From Sulfurovum sp. (GTDB lineage: Bacteria; Campylobacterota; Campylobacteria; Campylobacterales; Sulfurovaceae): 64,000 nt of DNA. The notes beneath the pieces are model-generated. The model was not told the origin of the DNA and did no database searches. It saw nothing but the letters and a program-made list of their open reading frames with translations. Positions 10,090 through 19,716 of this stretch are shown piece after piece; the first letter of the stretch is position 1, and each line of letters opens with the position of its first letter. Location of the stretch: contig NZ_JBATIY010000079.1 of the NCBI RefSeq assembly GCF_049668085.1, forward strand, positions 2,846 through 66,845. Direction: 5' to 3'. The position numbers and the translations under genes are program-made.

Positions 10090-10162
10090 GATAAGATCCT
10101 TTGAAATATTTATTTTTACCACAGAATCTTCTCCTTTATATGTAACAAAATTATAATAATCC

Positions 10163-10180
10163 GGTTACATTCATGTAACC
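10163..10180. promoter_or_regulatory. 18-bp inverted repeat GGTTACAT-TC-ATGTAACC upstream of the PhoX-like gene (candidate operator)
   Basis: Perfect 8+8 inverted repeat in the divergent intergenic region. A third TGTAAC half-site lies at 10141-10146. Confidence 0.35.
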
Positions 10181-10282
10181 TAACCAAAACTAAAAAACAC
10201 TCTACAACAATTTCTTACTATAACATATAAATTAATCATTTTTTGCTATGATTACTCCAATTATATTATAGATGGGTACAAC

Positions 10283-10867
10283 ATGAAACAATTAAAAAAA
10301 CTTTCAACAATTGCCACTGCAACTGGTCTTGGTACACTTTTAGCGACTGGTGTTACAGGATGTACACAGCAGCAGCAACAAGAACAGCAAAAAGCACAGA
10401 ATGCTTTTGTCATTATAGAAGAGACTGCCCCAGGCAGATACCAGATCAAAGATGAATTCCCTGCAGAAGAAACACGTATTGTACTTAAGAAGCTTGATGG
10501 TACAGAACGTGTATTGACACAAGCAGAGATGGATGCCTTAGTTGCTGAAGAAGCAGCCAAAATTGACAATGGTACTTCCAACCTCACTCAAGCACAAGAT
10601 GCTCAAGTGTCACAACAGGGCGGTATGGGTTTAGGAGAGGTACTCCTAGCAAGTATGGCAGGAGCAGTGATCGGCTCTTGGATAGGGTCCAAACTTTTTG
10701 GTAATCAAAACTATCAGAATAACAGAAAAGCTGGATACAAATCTCCTTCCACTTTCTCAAAAAGCCAAAAAAGTTTTGATTCTGCGAAAAAAAGCAGCAG
10801 TAAAAAAAGTGGATTCTTCGGAAATAAAAAATCTACAAGCCGTACTGGCGGTTTCTTTGGTGGCTAA
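10283..10867 (+). CDS. UPF0323/YgiB-like lipoprotein
   Basis: Lipobox LATGVTGC, a Q-rich linker, and a Gly/Ser/Lys-rich tail ending GGFFGG. Paired with the downstream GspS-like gene, as recalled for Cj0371/Cj0372 and HP0232/HP0233. Confidence 0.65.
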   Translation: MKQLKKLSTIATATGLGTLLATGVTGCTQQQQQEQQKAQNAFVIIEETAPGRYQIKDEFPAEETRIVLKKLDGTERVLTQAEMDALVAEEAAKIDNGTSNLTQAQDAQVSQQGGMGLGEVLLASMAGAVIGSWIGSKLFGNQNYQNNRKAGYKSPSTFSKSQKSFDSAKKSSSKKSGFFGNKKSTSRTGGFFGG

Positions 10868-10870
10868 ACA

Positions 10871-12052
10871 ATGTTGAATTTACAAAAAACCATACCACTG
10901 GACACTGACTATTTAGAATCACTCGGATTTGTCTGGCATACAGACTCAGATGAAAGCAGTTATATCTCTGATGAACTGATTGTAATCTCTGAAGCTCAGG
11001 CTGAAGCATATTATGAAGCAACAAATACCTTGTATGACATGTATATAGAAGCAGCAGAACATGTTGTAGAAAATAATCTTTTCCATGAGATAGGTATCCC
11101 TTTTAACCTTGTAGAAGTGATCAAAGAATCATGGGAAAATGATGTTCACTGGCATCTTTACGGTCGTTTTGATCTAGCAGGAGGTCTAGATAGTAAACCT
11201 ATCAAACTCTTGGAATTTAATGCAGACACCCCTACTGCCTTATTTGAAACAGCCATTATACAGTGGGCTATACTCAAGCAAAATGGCCTTGAAGAAGAGA
11301 GTCAATTCAATGCACTGTATGAGTCACTTGTAGATAATTTTAAACGTCTGGTGACACTGGAAGAAGATGTTTCTACCTTTGAAGAACGTTATGACGGCTG
11401 GAATTTTCTCTTTACCTCTGTCAAAGGAAATTCAGAAGAAGAAAATACTGTCAGACTGCTTCAACATATTGCGACAGAAGCAGGTTTTCAAACAGAGTTC
11501 GCTTACATAGATGATATAGAGTTCTCTCCTGAAGACGGTATATTTTATGAGGATAAGCACTATGAACTTTGGTTTAAACTCATCCCTTGGGAAGACATTG
11601 CACTGGAAGAATCAGACCTGGCAATGCTTCTTACCAATATCATCAAAAACCAAAAAGCCATCATCTTCAATCCTGCCTACACCCTTCTTTTTCAGAGTAA
11701 AGGCTTGCTAAAGATCCTATGGGACCTCTATCCTAACCATCCTCTTCTACTTGAAAGTTCCTTTGAACCATTGGAAGGGAAAAAACAAGTGAAGAAACCT
11801 GTATTTGGGAGAGAAGGTGGCAGTGTAAGTATTTTGGATGAGAACTCAAATGATCTAGAAACTGTAGCAGGCAACTATGACAGTTACAAAATGGTCTATC
11901 AGGATTATACAGAACTGGTAACTGACACACAAGGTCTATCTTACCAAGCAGGTGTATTCTATGCATACGAAGCCTGCGGTCTTGGTTTTAGAAAAGGTGG
12001 AAAGATCCTAGATAATATGTCTAAGTTTGTAGGGCATATTGTAAAAGGATAG
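10871..12052 (+). CDS. glutathionylspermidine synthase-family ATP-grasp protein (YgiC/YjfC-like)
   Basis: 393 aa with motifs LLEFNADTPT, FNPAYTLLFQSKGLLKILW and KPVFGREGGSV. Starts 3 nt after the lipoprotein stop. Confidence 0.8.
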   Translation: MLNLQKTIPLDTDYLESLGFVWHTDSDESSYISDELIVISEAQAEAYYEATNTLYDMYIEAAEHVVENNLFHEIGIPFNLVEVIKESWENDVHWHLYGRFDLAGGLDSKPIKLLEFNADTPTALFETAIIQWAILKQNGLEEESQFNALYESLVDNFKRLVTLEEDVSTFEERYDGWNFLFTSVKGNSEEENTVRLLQHIATEAGFQTEFAYIDDIEFSPEDGIFYEDKHYELWFKLIPWEDIALEESDLAMLLTNIIKNQKAIIFNPAYTLLFQSKGLLKILWDLYPNHPLLLESSFEPLEGKKQVKKPVFGREGGSVSILDENSNDLETVAGNYDSYKMVYQDYTELVTDTQGLSYQAGVFYAYEACGLGFRKGGKILDNMSKFVGHIVKG

Positions 12053-12081
12053 GGAACCATATATTCCCCTTTCCCTTATTT

Positions 12082-12113
12082 GAACTTGTTTAAAATAACT
12101 CCCAAACAAGTTC
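12082..12113 (+). terminator. hairpin terminator after the GspS-like gene
   Basis: GAACTTGTTT-12 nt-AAACAAGTTC, a perfect 10-bp stem 30 nt after the stop. Weak T tract. Confidence 0.5.
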
Positions 12114-12295
12114 TATATAGAAAATACATTTTCCACCATCTCCTTTCACTTTCATAGAATCTTTTTTGAAACCATCCAGCTTCATATAAGGATATAACAT
12201 TTATTATAATAAAAGATAAGTAATTATTTACTACATTCATAAGGCAAGCATTTCAAAATGTATAACAAAAAATTCGGAAAGAAAGGAAATAACGT

Positions 12296-12544
12296 ATGAG
12301 AAGAAAATTAACAGAAACAGAACGCAGGGAACTGCGTAAGCTGATCAATGAACAAAATGATATAAAGTTGGCTCGATGGTTTATTAATCATGACCTCAAT
12401 CCACATGACTACCTGCAATGCCTGATAAAAGCCAGTGAAGGTTTTCATGAACCATACGCATCAGTTGCTATACAGTTATCTGTCTGGAGGAATGAACTGG
12501 ACAGAGAGGAACATGATGACTATGACACTACATGTGAAATCTAA
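12296..12544 (+). CDS. hypothetical protein (82 aa)
   Basis: Track ORF with AAAGGA 8 nt upstream of the ATG. No family recognised. Confidence 0.45.
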   Translation: MRRKLTETERRELRKLINEQNDIKLARWFINHDLNPHDYLQCLIKASEGFHEPYASVAIQLSVWRNELDREEHDDYDTTCEI

Positions 12545-12568
12545 TAGACTACTATAGCCTATAATATA

Positions 12569-13435
12569 TTAAATTTGTAAGATCGTGGGTGAAGTATCTT
12601 CTTCAACTTCACTTTCTTCTTTTTTACTACAATCGATAGAAACGATCTCAACTTCATCACAATCTATACGTGCAGCAGTAAGTTTACCACCCCATAAACA
12701 TCCTGTATCCAAGGACAATACATGATCATCTTCATACAATCCCAAAGTAGACCAGTGTCCAAAAATAATACGTAAATGAATATCTTTACGGTCATTACAT
12801 TCAAACCAGGGTTTGAGTCCTTTCTCCCTTACCGCATCTGTTGGTGGACCTTTTTGATCAAAATCAAGTCTATGATCCCCGTAACAAAAACGCATACGGG
12901 TAAATGAACTGACAATGTAACGGTCTATGTCTATAAGACTTGCATCCCTGTTAAAACGCCTCTCACCTTGTTCAAACATTTGCTCAAGCCACACAGCAGC
13001 ATGTTCACTTGCTAGTTTTTCCTCTACATTTTTTGCATACATCATTGCCATACCCAGATCAAACTCGGGTGAGATACCCGCATGCGCCATACAATACCCA
13101 AGTTCATAATCCACATGTAAAAACTTTTGTCCTCTAAGCCAATCTATGAGCTTCTTAGCCTCTGGTGACTCAAGTATAGGGGCAATAGTCGGATTGGACT
13201 TTTTAATACCATAATAAGCTGCTATAAGGGTAATGTCATGGTTTCCAAGAACTATCTCAACATTTTCTTTGATACTGTAAAGATATTCCAAGGTCTCTAA
13301 TGAACCTTCACCTCTGTTGACCAAATCTCCCGCGATCCAAAGCTTGTCTTTTTCAGGATCAAAATGAATCTTTTCCAATAAAGCTCTTAAGGAGCCATAA
13401 CATCCTTGTATATCTCCTATCGCCCAAACTGCCAT
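12569..13435 (-). CDS. apaH: bis(5'-nucleosyl)-tetraphosphatase, symmetrical (ApaH)
   Basis: Metallophosphatase motifs WAIGDIQGC, GDLVNRG, GNHD and GHW. The N-terminus is typical of ApaH. Confidence 0.9.
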   Translation of the reverse strand: MAVWAIGDIQGCYGSLRALLEKIHFDPEKDKLWIAGDLVNRGEGSLETLEYLYSIKENVEIVLGNHDITLIAAYYGIKKSNPTIAPILESPEAKKLIDWLRGQKFLHVDYELGYCMAHAGISPEFDLGMAMMYAKNVEEKLASEHAAVWLEQMFEQGERRFNRDASLIDIDRYIVSSFTRMRFCYGDHRLDFDQKGPPTDAVREKGLKPWFECNDRKDIHLRIIFGHWSTLGLYEDDHVLSLDTGCLWGGKLTAARIDCDEVEIVSIDCSKKEESEVEEDTSPTILQI

Positions 13436-13923
13436 TACACATACCCCAACTGTTTTTTATACTCAGCTGCTTTTTGAGCAAAACGCATCTTTGCGTAAGC
13501 AGCCGAAGGGGAAGGAAGATAGACAGTTTCTATACTCAAATGTGGGAAATGTGTTTTAAAAAGTGCTTCTGCCTTCTTTCCTGTAAAAGCCAATTTTGTG
13601 ATACTTGGATGATCTTCTAAAAAAGTACCTAAGTCATTCACTTCTTCATTTTCCAAAGAACTGTCAAGAGAGTTCTCTCGACTACATACTTTTACCATAT
13701 CCCAAAGCCCAAACTTACACTCTTTGAGTAACCAGACCTTCTGGTCACGATTGTTCACAGGATAGCCTGTCATATTTTCAAGGATCTTCCAAAATTGATT
13801 ACGTGGATGTGCATAGTAAAAGTTCTTCTCAAAAGACTGAATACTAGGAAAAGAACCCAATATCAGTATCTGAGTATCTTTAAATACAATCGGTTTGAAA
13901 GGATGTGCTAAAACTTCACTCAT
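13435..13923 (-). CDS. DNA-deoxyinosine (hypoxanthine) glycosylase, UDG superfamily
   Basis: ILILGSFPS and HPRNQFW motifs. Overlaps the apaH start by 1 nt. Confidence 0.7.
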   Translation of the reverse strand: MSEVLAHPFKPIVFKDTQILILGSFPSIQSFEKNFYYAHPRNQFWKILENMTGYPVNNRDQKVWLLKECKFGLWDMVKVCSRENSLDSSLENEEVNDLGTFLEDHPSITKLAFTGKKAEALFKTHFPHLSIETVYLPSPSAAYAKMRFAQKAAEYKKQLGYV

Positions 13924-13927
13924 ACTA

Positions 13928-14407
13928 TTACTTACATGCCTTTCGCATATTCTGAACTAAAAGTACTAACAAGGCCAGAGAAAAAATCTTAAAATTGATC
14001 TCACTTCCTTTGTGCGTGTTTAAGAATGCTACGGATTTTGTTGCTTCCACACCCTGTTCCTGCAACGCAATAATATCTGGAATATAGTACTGTGAGAATA
14101 GAAGTCCTGTTGCCAACACAAAAAATGTTGCAACCTGTGTCACAATATCTCTCTCAAATTTTTTATACTTATAACCTTCATAAAGCAGTATAGCAACAAC
14201 TACCACATTAACCAGATAAGAGAGTCTCAAAAAATTCTCTGTCATGATCTGACCTTCTTGAAATTGTGTTAATACTTCTGTACCTATCCATTGGTCTGTA
14301 TTGAATGTTACAGGTGCCACTACTATACCGGCATATAACCCTGCCCCAAGCATCGCACCCAAAAGTATAAGGTATGCCATGGTTGCCATTCTAAAATATT
14401 TGTTCAT
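13928..14407 (-). CDS. DUF4149-like integral membrane protein
   Basis: Four predicted TM helices. Size and pattern resemble the DUF4149/TMEM205-like family. Confidence 0.5.
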   Translation of the reverse strand: MNKYFRMATMAYLILLGAMLGAGLYAGIVVAPVTFNTDQWIGTEVLTQFQEGQIMTENFLRLSYLVNVVVVAILLYEGYKYKKFERDIVTQVATFFVLATGLLFSQYYIPDIIALQEQGVEATKSVAFLNTHKGSEINFKIFSLALLVLLVQNMRKACK

Positions 14408-14409
14408 TC

Positions 14410-15240
14410 TTACTCGCTTTCATTCAATTTAATTACAAATCCGCGATCAAACCCTGCTAGATCTTTGTAAAATTTTATGTATTCTACCCCTATTTGATTA
14501 ACAAAATCTTGTAAGGTCTCTTTTTGATCATATCCCATCTCACAGGCAAGATACTTTATGTTTCTATCCTTCACATCTAAAATGATCTGTTTAAGTAATT
14601 CATCTCCTACTCTTCCACCAAAAAGTGCTTCTTTGGGTTCATAGTCAATGACATTGGATTCAAGTAAAAAGTCTTCTGCAATATAAGGAGGATTGGAAAC
14701 CACGAGTTCAACATTTTCAACTACTTCATCAAGCAGGTTAGACTTACAAAGTTCGATCTGTTTGCTTAGACCAAAAGTTTCAATATTTTTTCCTGCCACT
14801 TTAAGTGGTGTATCACAAATATCAGTTGCGATAATGTGAAGCTGAGGAAATTTCCGTGCTAGCACAATAGAGATGGCACCAGAACCCACACCTATTTCAG
14901 CTATTTTCGTGATATTCTCACTCTCTATGATCTCAGCTACCAAGTCTATCAGTATCTCTGTTTCAGGACGTGGGATCAGTACACCTGGTTCCACATCCAA
15001 ATGAATATCATAAAAACTGGCTGAACCTACAATATACTCATATGGCTCATGTGCAGCCCTTCTTTGAATAAGCTTTTGAAAGGCATCAACATTCATGATA
15101 TTTTGCATATCATGCATGATCAAATAGGTACGGTCCTTCTTAAGATGAAAGGCTAAAAGTATTTCTGCTTCAAAGGCAGGACGTTCACAAGCCTCTTGAA
15201 GCTCTTCTCTGGCCCAAGAGAGCCCTTCTCTAATGGTCAT
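14410..15240 (-). CDS. prmC: peptide chain release factor N5-glutamine methyltransferase PrmC/HemK
   Basis: VVSNPPY and SAM-binding EIGVGSGAISI motifs. Start moved to ATG 15240 (MTIREG) because the longer track ORF overlaps the M48 gene. Confidence 0.9.
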   Translation of the reverse strand: MTIREGLSWAREELQEACERPAFEAEILLAFHLKKDRTYLIMHDMQNIMNVDAFQKLIQRRAAHEPYEYIVGSASFYDIHLDVEPGVLIPRPETEILIDLVAEIIESENITKIAEIGVGSGAISIVLARKFPQLHIIATDICDTPLKVAGKNIETFGLSKQIELCKSNLLDEVVENVELVVSNPPYIAEDFLLESNVIDYEPKEALFGGRVGDELLKQIILDVKDRNIKYLACEMGYDQKETLQDFVNQIGVEYIKFYKDLAGFDRGFVIKLNESE

Positions 15241-16501
15241 TGCTGTCCATATGTGAGAAGATACCATCCTTAGACAATGCTGCTTCTTCACCCACAATAG
15301 TATTGGATGCATCAAAGCCCAACTCTTTTAGTCTTTCCAGTACTGGTGGGTGCGTATAGTAAAAGAAAATTACCAATGGATGTGATTTTGGAAATGCCTT
15401 ATTTTCTGTCACAAGTTTCATCAATGCAGAAACAAGATTCTCTTTACCTCCCATTTGTGAACCATACTCATCTGCTGCATACTCATTATGACGGCTGACA
15501 TAAGACATAAAAGGTGTAAAGACAAAACTTACAAGCGGCAATAACAACATCAACATCGCTATCTGTACCCCTGCCTCAGGAATCACACCCATCTGTGTGA
15601 AAAGTGCATCCGGCAAATGTCCGAACAGATAAAATGCAATAAACAACAGTACACCCATAAGACCTATATTTTTCCAGATATCACCATGTGAGAAATGCCC
15701 CAGTTCATGTCCTAGTACGGCAAGAAGTTCTTTGGTGTTGAGCTTTTCTAAAAGAGTGTCAAAAAGTACGACACGTTTACTTTTACCCAAACCTCCGAAA
15801 AATGCATTAAGACGGCTGTCACGTTTACTGGCATCCATGACAAAGATACCATCACTTTTAAGCCCTGACTGAGTCATCATTGCTGTAATTTTCTCTTTGA
15901 GTTCCCCTTCATCCAGTGGAGAGAATTTATTAAAAAGTGCCATAAAGGTAGGTGCTAACAGATTTGCGATAATGGCTATAGCGAACATCGCTGCAAAGCC
16001 CCAGAGCCACCACATCTCATAGCTAATGATGATCCAAGACAAAAGTGCGAATACGGCACCGCCTAAAATAAAAAACAGAAGGCTTGATTTCACTACATCA
16101 ATCACATACATTTTTGCCGTCATCTTATTAAATCCAAAAGCTTCATCTATCTTAAACTTTTGGTAAAGTTCAAATGGAAGTCCTATAATATAATTAACAA
16201 TGATAAATCCAAACAAAAAGAGCACTGCCTGCATGATGCTGCCGTCGAACTGTATCATGGAAGAGAGCCAGGCAAAACCGGTAAATACCCACCAGATAAA
16301 TACCAAATAATCAACAAACGTCGTCACAAGGGAAAGTTTCCCATTCGCGACTGCATAGTTTCCTGCAGTTAAATATTTCTCTGCTGACATCAGTACAGGT
16401 GTTTTTCTTTTTTCTACATTGATATACCCTATCTGCATAATAGAGATATAGAGTTTCATAAATGTATAAATAGAGTATAAGATAATAATGATTTCTAACA
16501 T
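15230..16501 (-). CDS. M48 family zinc metalloprotease (Ste24/HtpX-like)
   Basis: HELGHFSHGD (HExxH) motif in a polytopic membrane protein. Start ATG 16501 (MLEIII) has AAGGA upstream. Confidence 0.85.
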   Translation of the reverse strand: MLEIIIILYSIYTFMKLYISIMQIGYINVEKRKTPVLMSAEKYLTAGNYAVANGKLSLVTTFVDYLVFIWWVFTGFAWLSSMIQFDGSIMQAVLFLFGFIIVNYIIGLPFELYQKFKIDEAFGFNKMTAKMYVIDVVKSSLLFFILGGAVFALLSWIIISYEMWWLWGFAAMFAIAIIANLLAPTFMALFNKFSPLDEGELKEKITAMMTQSGLKSDGIFVMDASKRDSRLNAFFGGLGKSKRVVLFDTLLEKLNTKELLAVLGHELGHFSHGDIWKNIGLMGVLLFIAFYLFGHLPDALFTQMGVIPEAGVQIAMLMLLLPLVSFVFTPFMSYVSRHNEYAADEYGSQMGGKENLVSALMKLVTENKAFPKSHPLVIFFYYTHPPVLERLKELGFDASNTIVGEEAALSKDGIFSHMDSNDH

Positions 16502-16600
16502 AAAATGTCCTTGGTTGGTAATGGGAGGAATATACCAAATCAAGCCTTAAATCCCACTCAATTTGATATAATTGCATGCAATATACAACAAGGAACACTT

Positions 16601-18535
16601 TTGGCACTTATTGACCTCTTTGATATCAAAAAACAGTATGACATTAAATTACTTCTTAATGGGGTTGATTTTCATCTAAATGAAGGTGAACGTGTAACGA
16701 TCGTGGGGCAAAATGGATGTGGAAAATCCACACTGATGAAGATCATCATAGGTGAAGAGGAACCCACAGAAGGCAAAAGGGTCATAAATAGTTCCATCCA
16801 AATCGAGATGCTTGCACAACAACCCCGTTTTCATCCAAAACTCACCGTTAGGGAAGCTATATTTAATGAACTGACCGAGCTCAAAAAGGCTAAAGAAGCG
16901 TATGATGCCCTCAGCCTGAAAGTGGCAGAAGATTTTGAAAATGAAGAACTTCTCAAACAATTGGAAAAGGTGAGTTCTTTTCTAGACCACCACAATGCAT
17001 GGAACCTTGATGACAAAATAGAACGTGTTCTACAGGAGTTTCAACTCAAAGCCTATGAAGACCGGCCTGTCATTTCTCTTTCAGGAGGAGAACAACGCCG
17101 TGTAGCTTTAGCCTCTCTTATACTAAAAAAACCTGATGTATTACTTCTTGACGAACCCACCAACCACCTTGATGTCTATATGGTAGAGTTTTTAGAAGAG
17201 ATGCTTCTCAAAGAGAACTTTACCCTACTCTTTATCTCACATGACAGACATTTCATAGATACTATTGCCACACGGGTTGTAGAAGTAGATAATCAAGAAC
17301 TCATAAGTTATAAGGGTGGATACATGAGCTACCTTGAGCAAAAAGAAACACGTATGCATGCACTGAAAAAAGGACACGAAAACCTGCTAAGACTTCTTAA
17401 ACAAGAAGAAGCGTGGTTAGGCAAAGGAGTAAAGGCCAGAGAAAAACGTAACCAAGGACGTAAAAAACGTGTCTTTGAGCTTCGTGATCAAGCTAAGAAA
17501 AACCCTACTCTTATTCGTAAGATGATGGTCGAACTTGAACGTGAGAAAAAACACTTTAACCGTGATGAAGGTGTCTCAAGAAAAAAGATGCTTTTCGAAC
17601 TTGAAAACATGTCATACGAAGTTCCGGGGAAAAAACTCATAGAGCACTTTAGTACACGTATCTTGCAAAAAGACAAGATAGCCATTGTTGGCATTAACGG
17701 TGCAGGAAAGTCCACCCTTTTAAAACTGATGCTTGGACGTATAAAACCCCAAAGTGGTCTGATTAAACAAGGAGACTTTTCCATAGGTTACTTTGATCAG
17801 CACAGAGAAATGCTTGATGACAATAAATCACTTATAGAGACCTTCTGTCCTGATGGCGGTGACAACATTGAAGTACAGGGAACTAACTTTCATGTCTATG
17901 GTTACTTAAAATCTTTTCTTTTTCCTAAAGAGTTCTTAGATAAAAAAGTAGGCATGCTCTCAGGAGGAGAGAAAAACCGTGTAGCACTGGCATTACTATT
18001 AACCAAAAAAGTAGACTGTCTTATTTTGGATGAACCTACCAACGATCTGGATATTCAAACCATTAACATCCTGGAAGAAAAACTCATCAACTTTCCAGGA
18101 GCTATCCTGTTTGTTTCCCATGACCGCTATTTCATAGATAAAATAGCATCTAAACTCTTTATCTTCAAAGGTAATGGTGTGGTTGAGGAGTCATATCAAA
18201 CCTATACTGAATACCTAGAGATAGAAAAAGAGATGAAAGAACTAGATACTCTGGAAAAGGAAGTCAATTCAAGTGTTAAAAAAGAGGTACATATCAATGA
18301 AAAGAAACAGACAAAACTAAGCTATAAAGAACAAAAGGATTATGATACATTACCTGATGAAATAGAAGCTTTGGAAGAGGAAATAGAAGCGCTTAATGCA
18401 TGTTTGCAAAATCCTGAGTGTTATCAGGAAAAAGGTCTCACTGCTCTCAGTGAAGAACTATCCAAACTAGAAAGTATCTATGAAGAGAAGAGTGAGAGAT
18501 ATCTAGAAGTATTAGAGGTCTTTGAGTCTCTCTGA
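16601..18535 (+). CDS. ABC-F family ATPase (Uup/YheS-like)
   Basis: Two ABC cassettes (GQNGCGKST/LSGGEQRR and GINGAGKST/LSGGEKNR), a charged linker and a C-terminal coiled coil. TTG 16601 gives MALIDLFDIKK with AAGGA 6 nt upstream. The track start 16505 is probably too long. Confidence 0.9.
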   Translation: MALIDLFDIKKQYDIKLLLNGVDFHLNEGERVTIVGQNGCGKSTLMKIIIGEEEPTEGKRVINSSIQIEMLAQQPRFHPKLTVREAIFNELTELKKAKEAYDALSLKVAEDFENEELLKQLEKVSSFLDHHNAWNLDDKIERVLQEFQLKAYEDRPVISLSGGEQRRVALASLILKKPDVLLLDEPTNHLDVYMVEFLEEMLLKENFTLLFISHDRHFIDTIATRVVEVDNQELISYKGGYMSYLEQKETRMHALKKGHENLLRLLKQEEAWLGKGVKAREKRNQGRKKRVFELRDQAKKNPTLIRKMMVELEREKKHFNRDEGVSRKKMLFELENMSYEVPGKKLIEHFSTRILQKDKIAIVGINGAGKSTLLKLMLGRIKPQSGLIKQGDFSIGYFDQHREMLDDNKSLIETFCPDGGDNIEVQGTNFHVYGYLKSFLFPKEFLDKKVGMLSGGEKNRVALALLLTKKVDCLILDEPTNDLDIQTINILEEKLINFPGAILFVSHDRYFIDKIASKLFIFKGNGVVEESYQTYTEYLEIEKEMKELDTLEKEVNSSVKKEVHINEKKQTKLSYKEQKDYDTLPDEIEALEEEIEALNACLQNPECYQEKGLTALSEELSKLESIYEEKSERYLEVLEVFESL

Positions 18536-19702
18536 TTACCAATATATCACAACACTCCGTCTTCCCCAACGTAGCGCTTTTCTTCTATCAAGTCCCATAT
18601 AGATATCTATACGTTTTTTGTAACGTTTATTCATTTTATCACGTACTCTATAGTAACCAGGAAGTCCACCTATACGTACTTTTGTTCCATTACGCATGCC
18701 ATATCTGCTAAGCATATCTCTAGAGACTGCAATGACCTTCATGCCTGGACGTAGACGATTATTCCATGCTGCCAGGAAAGGTGTACTGTCTGTTTGACCT
18801 GCATGTGAACTGTACGCTGTTGCCGTCACACGAAGTTTACGTTTACCAAATTCTCTAAGCAGTTTTACTTTACCACTCTTTCTTTGTGCTGCACGTTTTT
18901 TCTTTTTTGCTTCATCTTTTTTCTTCTTTGCCAAAACATAAGGAAGTGGAAGTTTTATGATCTTTCCTGCTCGTATCGAAGTATTATCCTTAATTCCATT
19001 GAATTGGACCAATGCTTTGGGTTCAAGATTAAATTTTTTAGCGATAGAAATAAGTGTATCACCCTCATCTACTTTATACGTAGCCGACACCAATGCATCG
19101 ATCACAGTTTGTTCGAAAGGAAGTTTTAATTTTTGTCCTATTAGTAAAGAATCATTTGTTTTTAACCCATTCATCTTTGCAAGTTCTTTGGTCTTAAATC
19201 CAAATTTCTTTGCAAGTTTACTCAGGACATCGCCTCTAACCACAGTGTATTGGCCATGTATGATCTTTGGTTTATCAGAAGTATCTTTCTCTAAAAGTTC
19301 TTTTTCGATCACAGGATCAACTTCATAACCATCTATCTTTTCTATTTTCTCATCTATAAGTTCTTCCGAGACAGGCTTTTTAACGACTATAGTCTTAATA
19401 GGTACTGTGGCACTCCCTTTAAAACGCATAGAATCTTCAATTTTGACATATTTATCTAGCATCTCTTCTACTGAGACGACTCTCATAAAACGCTTTTTTT
19501 CAGGTCTAGGTAAAGTTTTTACTCTGATAAGTTTTTTTCTATCCAGGTCATAAACGATTTCTTTGGTTTTCAGCAGCTTAGAACCGTAGGGGTAACACTC
19601 TGTAATACCTCCAATAGCAACCCTGCAATCAATCATTGATTTTGCAGTAGCTGTCTCTATAAAAATAAATAAGAATAAAAATGCAAAATAATTTCTGGAC
19701 AT
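18536..19702 (-). CDS. LysM (x2) + 3D-domain peptidoglycan-binding/lytic protein
   Basis: Signal peptide and two LysM repeats (YTVVRGDVLSKLAKKF..., YKVDEGDTLISIAKKF...). C-terminal 3D/DPBB-like region VTATAYSSHAGQTDSTPF. Confidence 0.8.
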   Translation of the reverse strand: MSRNYFAFLFLFIFIETATAKSMIDCRVAIGGITECYPYGSKLLKTKEIVYDLDRKKLIRVKTLPRPEKKRFMRVVSVEEMLDKYVKIEDSMRFKGSATVPIKTIVVKKPVSEELIDEKIEKIDGYEVDPVIEKELLEKDTSDKPKIIHGQYTVVRGDVLSKLAKKFGFKTKELAKMNGLKTNDSLLIGQKLKLPFEQTVIDALVSATYKVDEGDTLISIAKKFNLEPKALVQFNGIKDNTSIRAGKIIKLPLPYVLAKKKKDEAKKKKRAAQRKSGKVKLLREFGKRKLRVTATAYSSHAGQTDSTPFLAAWNNRLRPGMKVIAVSRDMLSRYGMRNGTKVRIGGLPGYYRVRDKMNKRYKKRIDIYMGLDRRKALRWGRRSVVIYW

Positions 19703-19716
19703 TACGTTATGTCAAA

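Noticed and set aside
12258-12299. 13-codon upstream ORF (MYNKKFGKKGNNV) whose stop overlaps the ATG of the 82-aa gene (GTATGA)
   Set aside because: It has no Shine-Dalgarno sequence. The purine-rich stretch inside it is better read as the RBS of the 82-aa gene, so the open frame is likely chance.
16505-16600. N-terminal 32-codon extension of the ABC-F ORF, and the 14-codon extension of the divergent M48 ORF
   Set aside because: The extensions would make the two divergent genes overlap head-to-head. Internal starts (TTG 16601 and ATG 16501) have good AAGGA RBSs and give family-typical N-termini.
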